A stretch of DNA of 64,000 bases, taken from the NCBI GenBank assembly GCA_043820105.1, contig JBDREC010000010.1, positions 62,001 to 126,000 on the forward strand. The letters are read 5' to 3'. The translations under genes and the position numbers were made by a program. The notes under the pieces were generated by a model. It saw nothing but the letters and a program-made list of their open reading frames with translations, did no database searches and was not told the origin of the DNA. Shown here one piece after another: positions 52,161-60,989 of the stretch. The stretch is from Pseudomonadota bacterium. GTDB taxonomy: Bacteria > Bdellovibrionota_F > JAHFAK01 > JBDREC01. Positions within the stretch are counted from its first letter, which is position 1, and every line of letters begins with the position of its first letter.

Positions 52161-52198
52161 AGGGTGCTCCATCTAATTATTGTATCTCTATACAATAT

Positions 52199-52286
52199 AT
52201 CAAATATCGCGCCAGGACTTTGTAAAATTATTTTACTTTTATTTCATACAGATATAGCAAGACAAGTGAATTTCTTTTTTTCAAAA
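52199..52286 (-). promoter_or_regulatory. Sigma54-like promoter (GG-N10-GA) with conserved upstream box
   Basis: TTTTGAAAAAAAGA 52286-52273; TGGCGCGATATTTGAT 52214-52199. Confidence 0.6.
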
Positions 52287-52359
52287 CATAGAAAATAATA
52301 TAGAAATTGGATTTTTTGAGACATAAAAATCTCAATAATTAAGGAAATTAGAAAAAAAC

Positions 52360-52395
52360 AAAAAAAAAGCCTAAGTCGAAATTTTCGACCCAGGC
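52360..52395 (-). terminator. Rho-independent terminator
   Basis: GCCUGGGUCGAA-AAU-UUCGACUUAGGC 12-bp stem (2 G-U pairs, complete only on the minus strand) followed by a U-run. Confidence 0.85.
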
Positions 52396-52428
52396 AGTTT
52401 GCTTTGGGGGACATATTATGAAACTATT
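52360..52428 (-). ncRNA. Candidate sigma54-dependent small RNA (~70 nt)
   Basis: Lies between the sigma54-like promoter at 52454-52439 and an intrinsic terminator; no RBS-led ORF; contains UUUCAUAAUAUGUCCCCC. Confidence 0.55.
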
Positions 52429-52438
52429 AAGATACTAT

Positions 52439-52527
52439 TTCAACTTGTGTGCCATTTTAGCAGCATATGTGTTTTTCTTTATTTTCAACACCTTATATGG
52501 TCCGCTTGAAAATTCTTTTTTTCAAAA
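52439..52527 (-). promoter_or_regulatory. Sigma54-like promoter with conserved upstream box
   Basis: TTTTGAAAAAAAGA 52527-52514; IHF-like TTTCAACACCTTA 52483-52495; TGGCACACAAGTTGAA 52454-52439. Confidence 0.7.
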
Positions 52528-52770
52528 AGGGGACTTTAGTGAATTTTGTAAAGTTAATGGATCATATCTTTTAGACAACACTTGCCTCAAGGTAGAAAAT
52601 CATATTTTAAGTCTAATCTTTGAGTAAGGATATAATATTTTTAGGATTAATAACTTATACAGAAGCATTCAAATTCTATGGCTTGTTTATTATTTTACAA
52701 CATCGGGAGATGCTTGGGACGGTGAACCCCCAACCATAGATTCAAGAACATCATAAAATTGTCTAGTCAA

Positions 52771-52908
52771 TTATGAATCAAAATCTACGGTGTTTATCTG
52801 ACCACTTGGCTCAGTGATTGCGCCATCACCTTGGGGTTTGCCGTCAACAAAAGTACCCTGCCAGCGAGATCCCTCTTTCAGATAAAGTGTGCCTTGACCA
52901 GTCACCAA
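52771..52908 (-). pseudogene. 3' remnant of a MORN-repeat gene
   Basis: TGQGTLYLKEGSRWQGTFVDGKPQGDGAITEPSG...DS*; locally GC-richer than its surroundings. Confidence 0.65.
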
Positions 52909-52914
52909 GGAGAG

Positions 52915-52940
52915 GTCATCCTGAACTTGTTTCGGGATCT
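52915..52940 (+). repeat. CGTC-type REP-like palindrome
   Basis: GTCATCCTGAACTTGTTTCGGGATCT; near-identical inverted copy at 63210-63236. Confidence 0.75.
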
Positions 52941-53130
52941 CTTGAGTTCAATTTTCATTATCAATGAAGAAAACACCAGACGAGCCTGCATTGAATTTTC
53001 CATATCCTACTTTCTATTTCCCTGTGCATCTAATTTCATCTAATTACTACTTACAAATCGCTAATCTCTAATTTTGCTGTTAGGGGAAATTTAAGATGAG
53101 ATTAGTGAGTAGAAATTGGAGATTAGAGGA

Positions 53131-53156
53131 TAAATTTTGTCTGACAACAAAATTTA
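53131..53156 (-). other. Perfect AT-rich hairpin abutting the tRNA 3' end
   Basis: TAAATTTTGT-6 nt-ACAAAATTTA. Confidence 0.55.
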
Positions 53157-53228
<72 letters not shown>

Positions 53229-53452
53229 TTGTTTTGAAAAACCATAAATCAAAAAATGAATCAAGAAGCAAGAAAATAAAATGGCTATAAGTGGAAATCT
53301 GGTTCAGGGGAATATGTCGAAATTTAGCTTGTAGCTGGTAGGTTGATGCAATTTATTCATGTTAAATCCTGGCTTGACGATTCTTGTTAATTAGGATTTA
53401 AATAATAAATGTTGAGAACTTTGATGAAAAATATAATATTGAGGTTTTTTGG

Positions 53453-53821
53453 ATGTTAAGAGGTGAAAAAGAAATAAAAGAAGCTAAATTATTAGCTGTA
53501 GAAAATAAAAACAGACATAGAAAATATAATATTCATATGGAGTGTCCTGAGTTTACATGTCATTGTCCAATGACTGGGTTTCCTGATTTTGGTACGATCA
53601 TTATTGATTTTGTGCCTGATGAAAAAATACTTGAATTAAAATCACTTAAGCTTTACATAAATAAATATAGAGATGAATATATTTTTCATGAAGATGTTGT
53701 TAATAAGATTCTTGATGATTTGGTCAAAGAGCTTGATCCTTTTGAGATGACTATCAAGGGTGATTTTAATGTTAGGGGTAATATTAAAACACTTATTACT
53801 GCTAAGCATGTTAAGGGATAA
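53453..53821 (+). CDS. queF: NADPH-dependent 7-cyano-7-deazaguanine (preQ0) reductase
   Basis: PEFTCHCPMTGFPDFG, ELKSLKLY, FHE, FNVRG. Confidence 0.92.
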   Translation: MLRGEKEIKEAKLLAVENKNRHRKYNIHMECPEFTCHCPMTGFPDFGTIIIDFVPDEKILELKSLKLYINKYRDEYIFHEDVVNKILDDLVKELDPFEMTIKGDFNVRGNIKTLITAKHVKG

Positions 53822-53823
53822 TT

Positions 53824-54996
53824 TTGAAGATTAAATTTAAAAGCATTCGAACAAAAACCTTGATCATTTCTATTGTTATTTCAACCTTGGTTATTGGCAT
53901 GATAAGTTTTTTGTATCATAAGCAAGTTTCAAATATTGTTTATGAAAATGAACTGCATGATAATATGATTACAACAATTTCCATTGTGAATAACTTAGAG
54001 ATTAAGTTGGAAATGGTTATGGATTCAGTTAACTCGCTAGCCAAGGATCCAAGGATAGCTTCAATGGATCCTGAGGTTCAGGATGCTGTTTTAAGGGATT
54101 TTTTAAGCTTTCATCCCCTGTTTACGAATGTTTTTATTTTTAGTCCGGATCTTTATATTACTCAAATCACTTCATTAAGTACAAGTCTTTGGAAAAATGA
54201 GTTGCTTGGAAAGCAATTTAACAAGCCCACAGATTTTATATATCCTTATGCTACTTTTGCCATGCGAAATAAACAATCTACATTTTCTGGTTCACATTGG
54301 GATATTGAGGGTTGGGGTTTAATGTTTGCAGCTGTTGCTCCAATTATTGATACAAGCAATGATAAAGAAGAGATTAAAGGCGTTGTTTCTGCTGGAATTT
54401 TTGTGAGCAAGGACTTTTTGGGAAAACTAATTCACGGATATTCCTGTAAGATGAGTAGTTTTATAGCCCTTGTTGATGATGAGGAAAATGTAATAGCAAA
54501 ATCTGGTAAGATTTTTCCAAGTGAGCAATTAAAATATCGCATCTCAGAAGAAGCCCTTCCAGCAAATGTTGAGATTGGAGATAAATTTAGAAAATACAAT
54601 ATTTCTAACTGGAGAGATAACTTTTTAGATACTGATTTTATTATTACTCAAGCCTATTTTAAAACTCTAAATCTGCAGCTTTATTTGGCTAAAGATATGG
54701 GGGAAATAAAAGGTGTGGTTAAAGAAGTTAATAAAAGCATGTCCATAATTTTTGTTGTAACCTTGCTTTTTGTTATTCTTATAGTCATAATTTTAGTTAA
54801 ATCATTTTTAAAACCAATAATTGTGCTAATTGAATCAATAAATAAGGTTGCTGGTGGAGATCTTTCTTCCCAGATTCTTAATGAAAGAGAAGATGAAATT
54901 GGTGAGGCAAATAACGCTTTTAATAGAATGGTTATTGAGCTTCAAAAAGCCAAAGTTATTGAGGATGAGTGGGACGATAGCTCAAAAGCTAATTGA
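53824..54996 (+). CDS. Membrane sensor with periplasmic Cache-like domain and HAMP, no output domain
   Basis: TM - ~270 aa - TM - KPI..L..SINKVAGGDLS....REDEIGE..NAFNRM, then stop after ~20 aa. Confidence 0.8.
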   Translation: MKIKFKSIRTKTLIISIVISTLVIGMISFLYHKQVSNIVYENELHDNMITTISIVNNLEIKLEMVMDSVNSLAKDPRIASMDPEVQDAVLRDFLSFHPLFTNVFIFSPDLYITQITSLSTSLWKNELLGKQFNKPTDFIYPYATFAMRNKQSTFSGSHWDIEGWGLMFAAVAPIIDTSNDKEEIKGVVSAGIFVSKDFLGKLIHGYSCKMSSFIALVDDEENVIAKSGKIFPSEQLKYRISEEALPANVEIGDKFRKYNISNWRDNFLDTDFIITQAYFKTLNLQLYLAKDMGEIKGVVKEVNKSMSIIFVVTLLFVILIVIILVKSFLKPIIVLIESINKVAGGDLSSQILNEREDEIGEANNAFNRMVIELQKAKVIEDEWDDSSKAN

Positions 54997-56140
54997 TTAA
55001 TTTACTAAGCTGCGTAAAGTCGACCTTTTTTCCCTTAAAAAGCATTTCAATATTTTGAATTACGGTTGAATAAGCGACTTTCAGTTCTTTATCTGAAATA
55101 TTTTTTGTAATCTTTTTTGTTATAGAAAAATTTACAGTTAGTTTTGAAAGAATTTTTGAAGCTTTATCTTTGCATTTAAAAGCTATACCTAAAACAATGA
55201 TAAGGTTTTCGAGCAGCCATAGAGATCTTTTTATATCATCGTATGATCCAAGATCTATCGTTCTAAGGGCAAGCAATTTTAATATGTAGCGCGCGGTTTC
55301 AATAAGTTTTTCTTTCCTTTCTTTTGAAAGACTCAAGCAGGATTCAAAAAGTTCTTTGTCTATTTTGTTAAAAATAATGTATTCAAATAAATAAGCATAA
55401 TTGATTTGGCTTCCTATTTCAGAATCCATTATCATTTCATCTAGGAATTGAATGGTTGTTTGCGAAGGGTCTTTTAGCGCGTGATTGCATAATACAGTTT
55501 TATTCGCTATATTTCTGATTAATAAAATTCTTTTTAAAACTTTAAACCTTGGAAAGTTGTTCATTTTTTCACATAAAAGAATTATGTCATTGTTATTTTT
55601 GAATCCAGTGAAAATAAGAATCTTAATTAAAGATTTAAAATAATCTTTAATGCTATCATCTAAATATCCATTAATTTCCTTTGAGTAAATAAAATCTTCT
55701 TCTTCTGCTTGCAGTTTGTTTTTAAGCAGGTTTAGGAATTTTGGATTTTTTAGCTGAACAAGGGCAAAATATGCTTCTCTTTTTACTGCAAAATTATCAT
55801 CATCAATGAGTTCATAAATTTTGCTGGCGAAACATGAGTAACCAAGGTCTGCCATGATTTTACAACTAAGTCTTTTTGTATCTGCATCACTTGATTCCAA
55901 AGAACTTTTTAAAACCAAAAGACATTTTGAAGTTGTTTGTTTATCATAGCCATATTTGATTAATAAGTAGGATGAATAAAGCTTCAATTTTTCATCATAA
56001 TGATCAAGAGAAATTAAGAGGGCTTTTTCAAGGCTTGTAAATTTTTCTTTATCATTATCTGCAAAGATTTTTCTTATATGATTAAAATCTAGATCAGTAA
56101 GATTATTAATGTCATTACATATTTTAGAATAAAGTTCCAT
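54989..56140 (-). CDS. HEAT-repeat-containing protein
   Basis: LESSDADTKRLSCKIMADLG, LIDDDNFAVKREAYFALVQL. Confidence 0.65.
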   Translation of the reverse strand: MELYSKICNDINNLTDLDFNHIRKIFADNDKEKFTSLEKALLISLDHYDEKLKLYSSYLLIKYGYDKQTTSKCLLVLKSSLESSDADTKRLSCKIMADLGYSCFASKIYELIDDDNFAVKREAYFALVQLKNPKFLNLLKNKLQAEEEDFIYSKEINGYLDDSIKDYFKSLIKILIFTGFKNNNDIILLCEKMNNFPRFKVLKRILLIRNIANKTVLCNHALKDPSQTTIQFLDEMIMDSEIGSQINYAYLFEYIIFNKIDKELFESCLSLSKERKEKLIETARYILKLLALRTIDLGSYDDIKRSLWLLENLIIVLGIAFKCKDKASKILSKLTVNFSITKKITKNISDKELKVAYSTVIQNIEMLFKGKKVDFTQLSKLIN

Positions 56141-56149
56141 TAGGTTTCC

Positions 56150-57136
56150 TTAGGTTTCTTTGTCATGAAGGTGACAAGCAACCGAGTGACCATTAGAAAT
56201 TTTAATAAGCTCAGGAGTTTTTGTTTTGCAAAGATCAAATTTCTTAGGACACCTGTTATGAAATGAACAACCACTTGGAATATTCAATGGGCTTGGAATT
56301 TCACCATTTAGTAAAATAAGTTCACGCTTTTTTTCAAGTGCAGGATCTGGAATGGGGATAGCAGAAATTAAAGCTTCAGTATATGGGTGAAGTGGATTGT
56401 CGTAAATATTTTTATAATCAGCTAGCTCCACAATTTTACCTAGATACATGACAGCGATTCTATCTGATATATGCTTTACAGCACTAAGGTCATGAGAAAT
56501 AAACAAGTAAGTAAGGTCTAGTTCTTTTTGTAAGTCCATTAAGAGATTAATAATTTGGGCCTGAATAGATACATCAAGGGCAGAAATGGGTTCATCAGCG
56601 ACAATGAATTTGGGATTAAGGGCAATGGCTCTCGCGATGCCAATTCTTTGCTGTTGGCCACCGGAAAACTCATGGGGATATCTTCTTATAAAGGAAGATC
56701 TTAGCCCCACTTTTTCCATTAATTCTATCACCTTTTCTTTTAATTCCTTTCCCTTGAAAAGCTTAAAGGTGGAGAGGGGTTCACCAATGATAGATCCAAT
56801 TGTCATTCTAGGGTTTAAAGAAGAAGCAGGATCTTGGAAAATCATTTGAAAATTTTTGCGTTTTTCTCTGAGTTGTCTGTCTGTTAAAATAGAAATGTTT
56901 TCACCATCAAAATATACTGATCCTTTTGCATTAGCTTCAAGTTGCAAAATTGTCTTTCCCAGGGTTGATTTCCCACAACCGGATTCACCAACAAGGCCAA
57001 GAGTTTCTCCTTCAAATATATCAAGATCAATATCATTAACAGCCTTGAGCTGAAAGCTCGTTTTGTTTAAAAGATTTCCCTTTGTAATTGTATATTGAAC
57101 ATTTATATTTTTAAGGGATATTAGAGCTTTTGACAA
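56150..57136 (-). CDS. oppF: Oligopeptide/dipeptide ABC transporter ATP-binding subunit (OppF/AppF-like)
   Basis: GESGCGKS, FQDP, YPHEFSGGQQQR, DEPISALD, PLHPYT, GCSFHNRCP. Confidence 0.88.
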   Translation of the reverse strand: MSKALISLKNINVQYTITKGNLLNKTSFQLKAVNDIDLDIFEGETLGLVGESGCGKSTLGKTILQLEANAKGSVYFDGENISILTDRQLREKRKNFQMIFQDPASSLNPRMTIGSIIGEPLSTFKLFKGKELKEKVIELMEKVGLRSSFIRRYPHEFSGGQQQRIGIARAIALNPKFIVADEPISALDVSIQAQIINLLMDLQKELDLTYLFISHDLSAVKHISDRIAVMYLGKIVELADYKNIYDNPLHPYTEALISAIPIPDPALEKKRELILLNGEIPSPLNIPSGCSFHNRCPKKFDLCKTKTPELIKISNGHSVACHLHDKET

Positions 57137-57279
57137 TTATGAATCTCCTTAATAAAGGTTATTACTTAAAGCATCATAGAAATTTGCTGGAAAAATTACA
57201 AATAAAATATTGATTATTTTTGTTAACTTTCTATAAGTTGCAATTGTTTATAAATTCTGCTTTCAAAAAAGGTATATTT

Positions 57280-59961
57280 ATGAATTGGCTAAAATCAAAA
57301 TTTTCAATTTTCATGTTTCTTTGTATATCTGTTTCTTTGATTTATGTGTCTGAAATTGTGCAACTAACATTAAAAGTTGGTCAAAATTATTACATCCTTA
57401 GTGTCGTTTTATGCATTACAATTTTGGGAATTTACCTGCCTATATTTATTAAAAAACCAGAAAGATTAAAATATTTCATATCATTTGTAGCTTTACTTGC
57501 AATGGCTACTTATCCCTTTGTTGTAAATCTTGAGCGATTTTTTTATTCTTTTGATCCATATTTTCTTAAAGAAACCCTGGCTTTGATCCTTTTTTTATTT
57601 CCCCTGGCCTTGTCAATAGGGATTTTATTTAAGAAGGACTATTTGAAGGCAAGTTTATTTTTTGGAGTAGGGCTTTTGCTTTCAACTTTACTTGTTTATC
57701 TTCTTGGAATATTTATATGTTTGCTTGTTGGATCTATTGTTAGCTTTGTCCTGTCATTTTTTTTAAAAATCGAAAGTAATCTACATGAACTTGATAAAAA
57801 AATTTCTAAAAGTTCTTTTAGGCATTTAATTTACTTCTTTGTTTTGGGTTTTATGCTGGCCTTTTATTTTTATGCTATCTTAAAGCTTTCTTTCTTTAGT
57901 ACAAATCAAGGGCTTTTTTCAATTAGCTTATTCATTTCTCTTGGTTTATTTTTGCTTTTCTATTTCACTGGGAAGATTTCCAAGAAAATTGAATTATCTA
58001 ACGATAAGATTCCTTTTCTTCATTTGGCTGGCTTTTTCTATGTTTCTTTTCTTTATCTGGTCTTTTTTCTGTTTTTTCTGTATGATTTTGCTCTAATTAA
58101 TATTGCATATCTTCTGGCAATTCTGTTTATAATATTTTTATTAGGTCCACCCCTTTTCTTATTATTTGCTCCATTATTCATTTTAAATAAAGAAAGAAAA
58201 AGACCAAGTAAAAGACAGATATCAGCTTTTGCGATTGGATTTTTGCTAGCAATTGTGCTTTCTTCCCAGGTATCAACCTCAGGGCTTAATGTTTACAAGT
58301 ATTTTCTTTTGTACGCTATTTCTAATGCAATAATCTTTGCAATCTATTGTTTGATTAAAAAATTATATCAAAAGCCAGTCTTTATCTTTTCTTTTATTGG
58401 AATATTCTTTGTGCTTATTCTTAATTATAGTTTTTATTTTTATGACAAGAAAAGTGAATGTTCAAAACACAGTGAAAGTGAAGCCTTGGAAAGCAGCCTA
58501 AGTTATTCAAAAACAATGGAGCTTGCAAATCTCTTTGTTAATTATTCGACAGATATAGATCATAGACAACGCTTTCTTAATGTGCTCCAGGTGGGAGCTT
58601 CATATGATAACTTTTTTAAAAACTTTATGAAATATGGCTTTTTAAGGTTTGATATACTTGGCTCTGAGTACAATGTTAAAGATGAAGTTAATTCTTTTTT
58701 GGAAACGAAAAAAGTAGATGGTCAAAGAATTAATTCTTATGACTATTCTTTTAGGACCTTTTTGAATTTAAGAAAACAAGATCACGATTATGAATACGAT
58801 TTGATCTTATATTTAAACGAAGAAAATAAGATTCTTGATCCTATTAATAATTTTACCATGGAATTCTTATCAAAGACCTGGAAAAGCCTATCAAACAGAG
58901 GGGTTCTTTGTATTAGACTTATGCATAATGAAAATTATAAAAAACTTGCTACTATTTACAGAACTCTAAAAAAACTATATGCAAATGTTTATGTGTTTTC
59001 TTTAATGCCTGACAAATATATAAGCTTTGTGGCTGTGAAATCTTATACGAAAATTGATTTAAATAAGCTTTCAAATGATTTGAAAAACAATAGAAGCCTT
59101 ACAAAAATAATTAATTTGCCAAGTTTACTTGCTTTAAATATTTCAATGAAAGATTTTCCCCCAGAAAAAGGACTGTTGAACCGAAACTCTGATAATTATG
59201 CCTATTCTATATTATTACAGAAAGAATCCTTTAATTATTTAGAACAAAGTTTTTCAACTGATTATTTTGAATCAAGTGAATCAAAGCTTGAAGAGCTTAA
59301 AATAGAAGCCTTGGAAGAATCTTTCTTGATTTATCATGATAATGAGCGATTCAAAGTTTCATATGAAAAATATAAAAATAATTTTAGCCAATCCCAGAGG
59401 CTCTGTTTGCAGGGATTGGATTATCTGTACATAAATGACCAAAACCTTGCATATAAATCTTTTATTGATGGTATTACTTTAGATCCAAATAATCTTGTTT
59501 GCTATAATGGCTTATATAATTTTGGAGTAGAAAATGATAAAACAAAAGATATTGCAAGATTTTATAAAAAAATATCAGGGCGAGTGCATCAGGTCAAAGT
59601 TATAAGTGAAATCGTTAAAGTAATGTATTATGCAAATGATATTAGTCTTTTAAGCACATCAGATCCAGTTTATATTGATACTAGTGACCCCTATGAATAT
59701 AAAAGAATCCTTATATACCGGCTGGGATTTTTTATGAAAAATACTCATTTAATAGAATCTACTGAACAACTTGAAAGGCTATATGGCTATCTTGTTGATG
59801 ATCTGGAATCTTTATATAAAAATGATGAAGAAAAATCCAGATTCTATTTTATTATGGGTTCCATTGCTAATTATTTGGGTCAGGAAGAACAAGCAAAAGA
59901 CTTTTTCAAAAAATCATTAAAAAGCTGTGGGGGGTCTAGTTGTTCAGCGGGGTGCCATTAG
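57280..59961 (+). CDS. Polytopic membrane protein fused to a degenerate spermidine synthase-like domain and TPRs
   Basis: About 12 TM helices, then NVLQVGA, YDLIL, FTMEFL..SLSNRGVL; C-terminal TPR-like helices. Confidence 0.65.
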   Translation: MNWLKSKFSIFMFLCISVSLIYVSEIVQLTLKVGQNYYILSVVLCITILGIYLPIFIKKPERLKYFISFVALLAMATYPFVVNLERFFYSFDPYFLKETLALILFLFPLALSIGILFKKDYLKASLFFGVGLLLSTLLVYLLGIFICLLVGSIVSFVLSFFLKIESNLHELDKKISKSSFRHLIYFFVLGFMLAFYFYAILKLSFFSTNQGLFSISLFISLGLFLLFYFTGKISKKIELSNDKIPFLHLAGFFYVSFLYLVFFLFFLYDFALINIAYLLAILFIIFLLGPPLFLLFAPLFILNKERKRPSKRQISAFAIGFLLAIVLSSQVSTSGLNVYKYFLLYAISNAIIFAIYCLIKKLYQKPVFIFSFIGIFFVLILNYSFYFYDKKSECSKHSESEALESSLSYSKTMELANLFVNYSTDIDHRQRFLNVLQVGASYDNFFKNFMKYGFLRFDILGSEYNVKDEVNSFLETKKVDGQRINSYDYSFRTFLNLRKQDHDYEYDLILYLNEENKILDPINNFTMEFLSKTWKSLSNRGVLCIRLMHNENYKKLATIYRTLKKLYANVYVFSLMPDKYISFVAVKSYTKIDLNKLSNDLKNNRSLTKIINLPSLLALNISMKDFPPEKGLLNRNSDNYAYSILLQKESFNYLEQSFSTDYFESSESKLEELKIEALEESFLIYHDNERFKVSYEKYKNNFSQSQRLCLQGLDYLYINDQNLAYKSFIDGITLDPNNLVCYNGLYNFGVENDKTKDIARFYKKISGRVHQVKVISEIVKVMYYANDISLLSTSDPVYIDTSDPYEYKRILIYRLGFFMKNTHLIESTEQLERLYGYLVDDLESLYKNDEEKSRFYFIMGSIANYLGQEEQAKDFFKKSLKSCGGSSCSAGCH

Positions 59962-59963
59962 GT

Positions 59964-59999
59964 CAAGTGCGCAAGGGAACAAGGAGAGTGGGAGAGTGG
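59964..59999. repeat. Octamer repeat (CAAGGGAA family)
   Basis: caagtgcg caagggaa caaggaga gtgggaga between convergent stops. Confidence 0.5.
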
Positions 60000-60024
60000 A
60001 TTTTACTATCAATATGCCCAGGGA

Positions 60025-60936
60025 TTATGTTTGATTTGATTTAAGTATTTTAATTATTATTGTACTTACATCTAAAATTGATTCAGCATCATTAAAGACA
60101 TCTGCTTTTTTTCCAACTGCTAATAATGGGACTTTGTTTTCAGTGTGAGCCCCGTGAGAGAAGTCTTCTAGGTTTCCATGGTCTGAGCTAATAACAAGTG
60201 TTGTGTTGTTATCCATATTATTAATGATAGATCCTAGAAAATAATCAATGATTGTTATAAATCTGGATGCTTTTTTGACATCTCTTTTATGTCCGATTAA
60301 ATCAGACATAAATGATTCAAACAAGACTAAATCGAATTCTTTGGAAAGCTTGCAAATTCTTTCACCTGCGTTTGTTGGGCTAACAAAAGCTGCTTTTTTA
60401 TCATTTGTTTTATTTAAAAAATAATTTGTAATATCCCAATAAACAGCTGAGCCCATTCGCAAGTCATGGATTGTTCTAAATGGTAAATTAGCTGCCATTA
60501 CCGAAACAGTAGTTGCAGAATGTGAAACCACCCCTTCTTTAATTAATTTATTATACCGTTTTAGGTCATAAGCATTTGCAAAAGTTGCTTTTAAACCAAG
60601 ATCAATTACTTGCTTAAGGATATTTTTTTCTTTTAATATCTTTTTTAAGGTTTCATTTGGATAAGCAGTAAGATGATGACCAAGGATTTTCGCGACGTTA
60701 ACTCCCGTGAACAAAGCAGTTTGACCAGTAGCACTTTGAGGGATTCCTTCAACATCTAAAGAAGCGTCAATTCCTTTAAATACTAAATTCTTTTTATTAA
60801 CTTTTGTGGAAGCTATAAATGGTCCATCTAGCAGTTTGTCGAGGTTTGGAGTTGGATACTTGAAGAAAGGATTTAAGTCATTAGCGTCGCCTAGTCCAAT
60901 TCCATCCAGAAATATAAAAATAATCTTATTCTTCAT
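60025..60936 (-). CDS. Alkaline phosphatase superfamily metalloenzyme (phosphoglycerate mutase / phosphopentomutase-like)
   Basis: FLDGIGLG, PQSATGQT, DLIGH, SSDHGNLED, HTENKVP. Confidence 0.85.
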   Translation of the reverse strand: MKNKIIFIFLDGIGLGDANDLNPFFKYPTPNLDKLLDGPFIASTKVNKKNLVFKGIDASLDVEGIPQSATGQTALFTGVNVAKILGHHLTAYPNETLKKILKEKNILKQVIDLGLKATFANAYDLKRYNKLIKEGVVSHSATTVSVMAANLPFRTIHDLRMGSAVYWDITNYFLNKTNDKKAAFVSPTNAGERICKLSKEFDLVLFESFMSDLIGHKRDVKKASRFITIIDYFLGSIINNMDNNTTLVISSDHGNLEDFSHGAHTENKVPLLAVGKKADVFNDAESILDVSTIIIKILKSNQT

Positions 60937-60953
60937 AAATAATTTTATCTTAA

Positions 60954-60985
60954 AATTTTGAATTTTGAATTTTGAATTTTGAATT
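60954..60985. repeat. AATTTTG heptamer tandem repeat (4.5 units)
   Basis: aattttg x4 + aatt. Confidence 0.8.
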
Positions 60986-60989
60986 AATT

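Noticed and set aside
52418-52627. 69-aa ORF with GGGGGA RBS
   Set aside because: It overlaps a minus-strand promoter cassette and terminator-bounded unit and has no recognisable motif; kept only as the alternative to the sRNA hypothesis
53280-53452. preQ1 riboswitch upstream of queF
   Set aside because: ggttc is present, but I could not find the P1 stem and A-rich tail of preQ1-I
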